Virus record (IMG/VR): IMGVR_UViG_3300046328_000221
Span: 1 to 64,000 of that record
Direction: 5' to 3' (one strand)
DNA length: 64,000 bases
DNA from: a virus
Notes under the pieces: generated by a model
Told to the model about the DNA's origin: nothing
What the model saw: only the letters and a program-made list of their open reading frames with translations
Database searches by the model: none
Position numbers and translations under genes: made by a program
Part shown: piece by piece, positions 7,985-14,361 of the stretch
Numbering within the stretch: the first letter of the stretch is position 1
Layout: each line of letters begins with the position of its first letter

Positions 7985-8108
7985 TAGTTTTCCTTTCATC
8001 TGATAGTTCTACATTACCATAGGGGTCTGACATTTATGGCACAAACACGCCTTTTTTCTTTGTAAGTTTCTACAAACTTTTTTGGAGGTTTCTTACAATG
8101 ATCTTAAG

Positions 8109-8129
8109 TTATCCACAGAGTTATCCACA
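8109..8129 (+). promoter_or_regulatory. tandem DnaA boxes
   Basis: TTATCCACA at 8109-8117 and 8121-8129, 3-nt spacer. Confidence 0.7.
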
Positions 8130-8132
8130 GGA

Positions 8133-8159
8133 CCGACCAGGTTTCCCTGGATTTGTCAA
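8133..8159 (-). repeat. TTGACA-N15-GGTCGG element E6
   Basis: CCGACC 8133-8138, TGTCAA 8154-8159. Confidence 0.85.
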
Positions 8160-8230
8160 TAGTCTCCCTCATAGATTGAATATTCCTCAGAGCCACAGCC
8201 ACAGCATGGACGGTCTTCGCACGAGCACAT
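8156..8230 (-). CDS. Cys-rich micro-peptide MCSCEDRPCCGCGSEEYSIYEGDY
   Basis: Read manually; GAAAGG RBS and own TGTC promoter. Confidence 0.6.
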   Translation of the reverse strand: MCSCEDRPCCGCGSEEYSIYEGDY

Positions 8231-8275
8231 AGTTTTCCTTTCGATTAAAATAAGATTAGCAGAGACATACGACAT

Positions 8276-8502
8276 TTAGTCGAATGCCCACTGGGAAGCA
8301 TACATCTCCCCAATCATCTCCTCGTGAGCAATCCGTGCCTGAGCACGGTCAGAAGCAGCCTGCTCCTCTGGGGTAAGGATTTCCTCCTCCCAGAAGTCAT
8401 CTAGGTCCCAACCGAAATCTTGTGCCATATCTTCCATTACTGCTCTCCTTCTGATAGAAATTCCTGAACATCTTCATCTGTAAAATCACCGTATCTAGCC
8501 AT
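8276..8502 (-). CDS. two coupled acidic micro-proteins (8437..8502, 21 aa; 8276..8437, 53 aa)
   Basis: Read manually; TAATG overlap; AAGGAG RBS; first ORF leaderless after TAAGTT -10. Confidence 0.55.
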
Positions 8503-8580
8503 AAGATAAACTTAGCACACACCTACGACAATTACAACACGACACGCCAGAATTGGGAGAAATTTTTAAAGCTTCTTAAC

Positions 8581-8629
8581 TTGACAAACTGTGATCTTTG
8601 GGGTCGGCTCCTTTCGGAGTTTTTGTCAA
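8581..8629. repeat. element E7, double-armed: TTGACA-N15-GGTCGG-N16-TGTCAA, with an internal CTCC-TTTC-GGAG hairpin
   Basis: direct reading. Confidence 0.85.
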
Positions 8630-8641
8630 ATCGACACGCCG

Positions 8642-9066
8642 TTAGAAGGGCAATCCATTTTTCTTTATGTCAATGACCATCTCAACTAAAAAGCCAATGG
8701 TTATGATTACGATTACTGTTTGAAAAATTGCGGTAAGCATTAGATTAGTTCCTTATCGTTGATTAGCATTATGTCAATGAGGGTGATTAGTTCCTCAAGT
8801 TCTGAGATAGGTAGTTTATTTTCATTCATAGCATTATCCTAACATAGAGGGCTGACAATTATAGCCAAGCCATTACTGAGAAAGTTCCTAGAGCGATAGC
8901 CCCAAGGGTAGCAAGCAAGTAGATCCACATAGCATTACCTTTCTTAGTTATTGTAAGTGTAGCAGGATACACAGACATTCTTGCCGTTATCCTTGATGAT
9001 TGTTAGAACACGACCTTCGCAAATCTCGCAACGGTCTGTCTTTGTTATTACCTTTAGTGAATTCAT
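8642..9066 (-). CDS. four micro-ORFs (8944..9066 CEIC/CVSC Zn-ribbon; 8859..8930 TM peptide; 8740..8829; 8642..8740 TM peptide)
   Basis: Read manually; RBSs or leaderless starts; TGTC promoters between them. Confidence 0.55.
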
Positions 9067-9164
9067 CTGGAATTCCTTTCTTTATCTATACCTATAACCT
9101 ATCACAGGGGTATGACAATGTCAAGAGTATTTGAGGAAATTTTTATAACAAACATATAACATAG

Positions 9165-9185
9165 TTATACACACCCTGTGGATAA
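9165..9185. promoter_or_regulatory. inverted DnaA box pair
   Basis: TTATACACA-ccc-TGTGGATAA. Confidence 0.7.
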
Positions 9186-9187
9186 GT

Positions 9188-9212
9188 CCGGCCAGGATCC
9201 TGAAAAAGTCAA
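9188..9212 (-). repeat. variant element E8 (TTGACT-N13-GGCCGG)
   Basis: CCGGCC 9188-9193, AGTCAA 9207-9212; followed by ATCGACACGCCG as at E7. Confidence 0.6.
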
Positions 9213-9369
9213 ATCGACACGCCGTGTTTTATGAAAGATTAATTAAGTTAACATTAAATAACGAAATGATAACAAAGGGTCAAAACAGGGCAAAAAGGGC
9301 AATAAATGTCAGACCCCCCTGTTAGTGTATTAGTAGATAAAGAAATATATAAAAGAAATGAGGTCAGAA

Positions 9370-9516
9370 ATGACAGTTAAGATTTACAAGACAGATGGTT
9401 CATTCTACTACCAGTGGTTGGACCGTGATGAAGTTAGAATGCTACCTCGCATTACTAAGCAATACACTAGCCTAACAAAGGTTGGACTTATCAAGGGGTT
9501 CAGTATCTCTCGCTAA
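9370..9516 (+). CDS. hypothetical early protein (48 aa)
   Basis: Read manually; GAGG RBS; TGTC promoter at 9305. Confidence 0.6.
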   Translation: MTVKIYKTDGSFYYQWLDRDEVRMLPRITKQYTSLTKVGLIKGFSISR

Positions 9517-9567
9517 TTGTCAGGGGTATCTGATACAGTATTACTAAATAGATAAGGATAAAACATT

Positions 9568-9765
9568 ATGGATAAAACACTAGGTCAGATTACAGATGAA
9601 ATTTACAACGCTGTAAAAAACTTTCACACTGCCTCTATGGGCAACGATAGAAAAGAAATAGAAAATGCTCAGGCAGAATACGCAGGTATGATTTCTATCT
9701 ATGGAACTAAAGCAGTTGCCGATGTAGTAGAATTTTACAACGAAACAGTTATTAGAAGGGCTTAG
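9568..9765 (+). CDS. hypothetical early protein
   Basis: ORF track; AAGGA RBS; TGTC promoter at 9516. Confidence 0.7.
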   Translation: MDKTLGQITDEIYNAVKNFHTASMGNDRKEIENAQAEYAGMISIYGTKAVADVVEFYNETVIRRA

Positions 9766-9768
9766 AAA

Positions 9769-9855
9769 ATGATTACACTTACATTCGAAACTTGGGAAGA
9801 GTTTGACCAAGCAATCGCAGGTATTGCTAGTTTAGAAATTGAGATAACAAAATAA
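9769..9855 (+). CDS. micro-protein MITLTFETWEEFDQAIAGIASLEIEITK
   Basis: Read manually; AAGGG RBS. Confidence 0.55.
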   Translation: MITLTFETWEEFDQAIAGIASLEIEITK

Positions 9856-10013
9856 AAGACTTGGGGGGCGTATAGTCCCTGAGTGCGGACTATAATTTTT
9901 GATAATTGTCTGCCAGATCGTGTATCATACATCAGCTCTACATTCACAGATTTAGTAATTTTCATTTCTGAAAACATATTCAGATTTCTGAATTTCTATG
10001 GTATACTATATAC

Positions 10014-10541
10014 ATGAAGCAATGTACAAAATGTCATCAAACAAAAGATTTTTCAGAATTTCACAAAAAATCTAAACTTCCAGGTGGACTAGCATATCAC
10101 TGTAAATCCTGTGTACGTGAATATGATATGAAAGAGCATGATCCTAAAAGAGTTATGCCTAGAAAGCTTAAAGCTGATTTAGTTCATTGTCGTAAATGTA
10201 ATCAATATTTAGATAAGTCAAAATTTTGGGGGCAGCTAACATATTGCAAAGAATGTTCTAAACTAGTAGGACATTCTGCAAACCTAAAAAGATTTGGCCT
10301 TACAGTAGAAGACTATATTGACCTAGAAAGATCACAAAATGGTGTATGTGCTATTTGCAAAGATCCAGAAATAAATAAAAGACGTTTATCTGTTGATCAT
10401 AATCATTCATGTTGTCCAGGTAGTGGTTCTTGTGGAAAATGTATTAGAGGACTTTTGTGTTCAAATTGCAATACATTTCTTGGAAATGCCAAAGACAATG
10501 TTGAAATATTAAAAGCTGCTATAAGATATTTGCAAAAGTAA
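10014..10541 (+). CDS. Endonuclease VII-family nuclease with N-terminal Zn fingers (probable homing endonuclease)
   Basis: CAIC...LSVDHNH...IRGLLCSNCNTFLG motif; two CxxC repeats; leaderless TGGTATACT promoter. Confidence 0.85.
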   Translation: MKQCTKCHQTKDFSEFHKKSKLPGGLAYHCKSCVREYDMKEHDPKRVMPRKLKADLVHCRKCNQYLDKSKFWGQLTYCKECSKLVGHSANLKRFGLTVEDYIDLERSQNGVCAICKDPEINKRRLSVDHNHSCCPGSGSCGKCIRGLLCSNCNTFLGNAKDNVEILKAAIRYLQK

Positions 10542-10574
10542 AATATTTTTCAGATTTTGCGGTATACTAATTAC

Positions 10575-10628
10575 ATGACTGATTGTAACTGTAGCTGCAA
10601 TGGATCTTGTCCATGCAAGCCTAATTAA
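10575..10628 (+). CDS. metallothionein-like micro-peptide MTDCNCSCNGSCPCKPN
   Basis: Read manually; 5 Cys in 17 aa; ATG 6 nt after TATACT -10. Confidence 0.5.
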   Translation: MTDCNCSCNGSCPCKPN

Positions 10629-10780
10629 AGACTAGATAATTAACTAGTTCATAAAACATATACATCCACATAAATGCAACGGTAGATGCAAAGATAACCC
10701 ATAACGTATTTTTAATCATTGTAGCTCCATGCAAATAGAAATATAACAATAACCACACATGTTGTAATAAACCCTATCAT
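10621..10780 (-). CDS. two tiny membrane peptides (10712..10780; 10621..10719)
   Basis: Read manually; coupled to 10780..10950 by TAATG overlap. Confidence 0.45.
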
Positions 10781-10950
10781 TACGATATGCCAAACTCTTT
10801 AAGCTTAATATGTACAAGTTTTACTGATACATTAAGTTCTTTAGCGATCTCGCCAACTTCTTTTCCTTGTACAATATATGCATTACGTAGCCAATCTTCT
10901 TGCTGATGTGGCTTTGTATCTCTAAATGCGTTAGTTTCTTTGTTTTCCAT
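10780..10950 (-). CDS. small HTH DNA-binding protein
   Basis: WLRNAYIVQGKEVGEIAKELNVSVKLVHIKLKEFGI; AAGGAG RBS; TTGACA-17-TACACT promoter; similar to 62041..62193. Confidence 0.7.
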   Translation of the reverse strand: MENKETNAFRDTKPHQQEDWLRNAYIVQGKEVGEIAKELNVSVKLVHIKLKEFGIS

Positions 10951-11044
10951 AGTCTCTCCTTAATGAATGTAAAGTGTATCACATATATGATGGTTTGTCA
11001 AATATTTGTCGGTACATAAGCAGCACAGCTGCTCTGATGAAACA

Positions 11045-11251
11045 TCACCATTTGCCAACAGGACAAGTAGCTTGACGTAATGTAGATTTCAATTGCATAA
11101 AACATCCGCACTTGGTGCATTTCATCAAATTCTTATTAAGAGCAGGACATTCCATACATATAGCCAAACGCTCTTCTTTTAAATCTTTATCTGATCTTGG
11201 TTGTCTTGGATCAAATAAATCTAAAAACTCAACATCTCCGTTATCCTTCAT
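11045..11251 (-). CDS. Cys-rich protein (RLAICMECP..CTKCGCF..ATCPVGKW)
   Basis: ORF track; conserved-looking Cys pattern. Confidence 0.7.
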   Translation of the reverse strand: MKDNGDVEFLDLFDPRQPRSDKDLKEERLAICMECPALNKNLMKCTKCGCFMQLKSTLRQATCPVGKW

Positions 11252-11259
11252 TATTAAAT

Positions 11260-12010
11260 GATATCACATTCTTGCGAGGATAGTTCCTATGGGGATTTGG
11301 GTATGGGTTTTGTTAAGTTATACCCCGAAAGTTTAAAATCCTGTCTATGGGGCATACAAGGCTTTGCAGAAGTATTAATCGATATCACATTTATTGGATG
11401 GGACATCCATATTTTATGTTTATGGGGATTTGGGATCTCTATATCACGCCGACGAATAAATCCGAAGAGCTTTATATCAAAGTTATCCACATATATAATC
11501 AGGCTGTTAATAACTTTTAAAAACTATATTATAATTAAATCATTATGACTATTGAAGCTTGGATAGGTACCATAGTTGGTATATCTACAATAATCACATC
11601 AGCCACGCTTGGCATTAGATGGTTAGTCAAACATTATTTCGCAGAGATCAAGCACGAACTAAAACCTAATGGTGGTTCGTCAATAAAAGATCAGGTTAAT
11701 AGAGTAGAAAAAGACATAGTTGATTTAAAGAATCAAAACATAAAAGGTGAAGAATATCACGAAAAACTAGATAATAAAATTGATCACCTAACAGAGCTTT
11801 TTATTCAATACGTATCTCGCCAGAAGTAAAACTGCGAAAACTTAAAACCCATTATATTATTATATATATAAAACTATCTAACTATATTTAATATATCTTA
11901 TATCTTTTATCTAATATATATTTATATATAATACACCTTGTTTAAAAAATATTCCCATAATTCATGTTAAATCTATGTTAAATCTTTGTAACAATTCTGA
12001 AACAATTGAA
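11260..12010. other. candidate replication origin region
   Basis: TATGGGGATTTGGG repeats at 11288 and 11421; DnaA box 11483-11491; extremely AT-rich 11850-11960; 11-bp phased repeats 11964-12007. Confidence 0.4.
11545..11829 (+). CDS. single-TM plus coiled-coil membrane protein (possible lysis accessory)
   Basis: N-terminal hydrophobic helix; ELKPNGGSSIKDQVNR motif common in actinophage membrane proteins. Confidence 0.7.
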   Translation: MTIEAWIGTIVGISTIITSATLGIRWLVKHYFAEIKHELKPNGGSSIKDQVNRVEKDIVDLKNQNIKGEEYHEKLDNKIDHLTELFIQYVSRQK

Positions 12011-12028
12011 ATATGATATAATTTATTA

Positions 12029-12076
12029 AACTAGCATTCAGGATAGTCTCTCAACCCACCATTCTGAGTGCTAGTT
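12029..12076 (+). ncRNA. candidate small hairpin RNA with C/U-rich loop
   Basis: 16-bp stem with two G-U pairs (favours + strand RNA); 16-nt loop AGUCUCUCAACCCACC; TGATATAAT -10 at 12014-12022. Confidence 0.6.
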
Positions 12077-12103
12077 CTATTTATATGGTATAATTTGATT
12101 ACT

Positions 12104-12487
12104 ATGACTAATTGCTGCCCAGATATTGTTGGTGCCAATCCAGTAAGTTTTCAATGGGTTGTTACAAGAGGAGACACCTCTCCACTTCGTGTATATTTTT
12201 ATGAGCCAGATGAAGTATCTTTCTTTGATATGACAGGTTGGGACTTTACTTCAACTGCCTATGACTTTAAGAATGACATATCTGATGAATTAGAGATTTC
12301 TGTTGGTGAAGGCTATGTTGATATTACAGCTCCAGCAAGCATTACAGGGTATTGGGGTACAGGATATGCCACTACCGTTGCAGAATTAGCATTTGATCTC
12401 CAGGTAACATTAACTGACGATTCCGTTTGGACCTCAGTAATTGGAACCATTAAGGTTCTTGGAGACGTAACAGGAGGAAGTTTATAA
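12104..12487 (+). CDS. virion structural protein (BppU-like N-terminal domain)
   Basis: VTRGDT motif; paralog of 15214; start after TGGTATAAT. Confidence 0.65.
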   Translation: MTNCCPDIVGANPVSFQWVVTRGDTSPLRVYFYEPDEVSFFDMTGWDFTSTAYDFKNDISDELEISVGEGYVDITAPASITGYWGTGYATTVAELAFDLQVTLTDDSVWTSVIGTIKVLGDVTGGSL

Positions 12488-14361
12488 TGGCCACACCAAT
12501 TATTAAAATTGTACCTATGCCAGGCATACAGGTTGCTGGACCAGCAGGAGTTAATGGAGTCGGAGTACCAACTGGAGGATCAGAAGGTCAAGTTCTTGCA
12601 AAAGCATCAAACAATAACTATGATACTGAATGGGTAAATGCTGGTGGCAGTGGAGTAAGCTCCACAGTTCCTTTTGAGCTAACAGATACTAATAACGATG
12701 TCCTTTTGAGCATTACTCAAACTAACGTTGGAACCACTCGTATTGAAACACCACAAGATGATCTTTCTCTTCGTTCTGCAAGAGATATTACTCTTTATCC
12801 TGGAAGTGATGGACCTGGAAAGGTTTACATTGGATGGGGAGATGCTCAATATACACCAAACTCAGGAAATGAAGTTGCAACTAAAGGCTACGTTGATGAT
12901 GCAACTGGTGCAAGTGCAGTCAAGTACCGTGTTTGGGGCTACCCAACAAATGATGCAATTGCTATTATGCCAACCACCGACAACGAGTCAATCGCACTCA
13001 AATCAAGTGATGCTGCTGCGATTCGTTGGCACGTTCGTAATAACACTGGCTCTATGCAACTTCTTTCGGCTACAGTAACTGCTGGTGATGGATACCAAGT
13101 TATCTTTACCATTAATGAGCAAAACTCAGTTCCTGCTACTGGTGCTGGGAAGTACTACCAGATTAACTGCCCAAATAACTCTGCTTATAATGGTGCTTTT
13201 ATTGCTATATCAGCAACTACGACTACACTCACTTTTATATATGAAAGTGATCCAGGAGTCTTTGACCCTACAGATGCATCTATATCTCAACCATCTGTCT
13301 ACTCACAGTTTGAGGTAGATTCAGATGGTGCTCATGTCAAGATTGCTGACTGGACTTCTGGTCCAGGAGGTTATAGCCAGCAGTGGGACTTTACAAAAGA
13401 GGGTGCAATTCATTTCCCATATGGACCATCAAACCAAAGAACAGGTTATGGAGATGTTCTAAGATTTGCAACATCATTTGATCAGTCAATCATTACTGGA
13501 GCACCTGCTACAGAAGGAACTCCTAATGCTAATCGCCTAGTTATTGCTGGACAAGATGGCTATGATGGAACAGGCTATGATGGAGAAGGTGGAGACATTT
13601 ATCTATGGGCTGGTATCGGTGGAGGAACCACTGGTGGTGGTGGAGACATAAAAATTGATGCTGGTAATGGTGCTGTAGATGGTAATGGTGGCTATGTTAA
13701 GATCCGTGGTGGATACTCTGAAACTGTTAATGGTGGATATGTAAACATTGATGCTGGAGATTCAAACACTGGTAGCGGAGGATATGTAAACATTAGAGCT
13801 GGTGAAAATATCAATGGAACAGGCTCTGGTGGACAGGTTTATATTCAAGGTGGTTATAGTGCTGATCCTACACTTGGTGGAGACGTTCATATAGAAACTT
13901 CTCAGTCTGGAAAAATTGTATTAGCTGGTGCTGGCGGAGAGTTCTTGAATGACGCTACTGTATCAAATAATCAGATTGCAACTATTGGACACGTAGCTAC
14001 AGCAAAAAGTACTTTTGAGCGAATCAATGTTTACTATGAGACACCTGTATCAGTAGATCTATCTCACGTTGGTTCTCTGCTATATGCAGCTGTAGCAGGA
14101 GATACTTTTGCAACATATCAAATTCCTACTAATGCATCAGTTGCGTTTCCCATCGGATCTGAAATTAAGTTTGCTACTAATGGAGGCTCTGTCTGGTTCA
14201 TCTCTGCTATAGATACCGAGATAACTACGCTAATTGGAGAAGGCAGTAATGGATACACTGGAATAAACTACAATTTTATTGTTCCAACCAACTCAACTGC
14301 AACTCTTCTAAAAGTTGATACTGATCGTTGGATTCTTTCTGGACTAAGACTTACAGACTAA
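12487..14361 (+). CDS. glycine-rich tail fibre-like protein
   Basis: PTGGSEGQVLAKASNNNYDTEW motif; GGxVxIxAG repeats; C-terminal TIPTNASVAFPIG...DRWILSG domain. Confidence 0.75.
   Translation: MATPIIKIVPMPGIQVAGPAGVNGVGVPTGGSEGQVLAKASNNNYDTEWVNAGGSGVSSTVPFELTDTNNDVLLSITQTNVGTTRIETPQDDLSLRSARDITLYPGSDGPGKVYIGWGDAQYTPNSGNEVATKGYVDDATGASAVKYRVWGYPTNDAIAIMPTTDNESIALKSSDAAAIRWHVRNNTGSMQLLSATVTAGDGYQVIFTINEQNSVPATGAGKYYQINCPNNSAYNGAFIAISATTTTLTFIYESDPGVFDPTDASISQPSVYSQFEVDSDGAHVKIADWTSGPGGYSQQWDFTKEGAIHFPYGPSNQRTGYGDVLRFATSFDQSIITGAPATEGTPNANRLVIAGQDGYDGTGYDGEGGDIYLWAGIGGGTTGGGGDIKIDAGNGAVDGNGGYVKIRGGYSETVNGGYVNIDAGDSNTGSGGYVNIRAGENINGTGSGGQVYIQGGYSADPTLGGDVHIETSQSGKIVLAGAGGEFLNDATVSNNQIATIGHVATAKSTFERINVYYETPVSVDLSHVGSLLYAAVAGDTFATYQIPTNASVAFPIGSEIKFATNGGSVWFISAIDTEITTLIGEGSNGYTGINYNFIVPTNSTATLLKVDTDRWILSGLRLTD

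Larger units (their letters stand above)
3492..9540. promoter_or_regulatory. dispersed promoter family WWTGTC-N12-TANNNT (18 copies including 2781)
   Basis: minus strand near 2781, 3492, 3881, 4240, 4898, 5229, 6252, 6998, 7600, 7796, 8011, 8253, 8509, 8836, 8956, 9096; plus strand near 9305 and 9516; spacing invariant. Confidence 0.85.

Noticed and set aside
1649-8608. GCCGACCA as a sigma28/WhiG -10 element
   Set aside because: No TAAA -35 at the proper distance; the fixed partner is TTGACA on the other side.
1650-9540. Early-region repeats as a CRISPR array
   Set aside because: Repeats are degenerate, irregularly spaced and separated by whole ORFs.
11258-11548. ORFs 11258(+) and 11287(-)
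   Set aside because: Atypical composition and overlap with DNA repeats and a DnaA box; probably non-coding.
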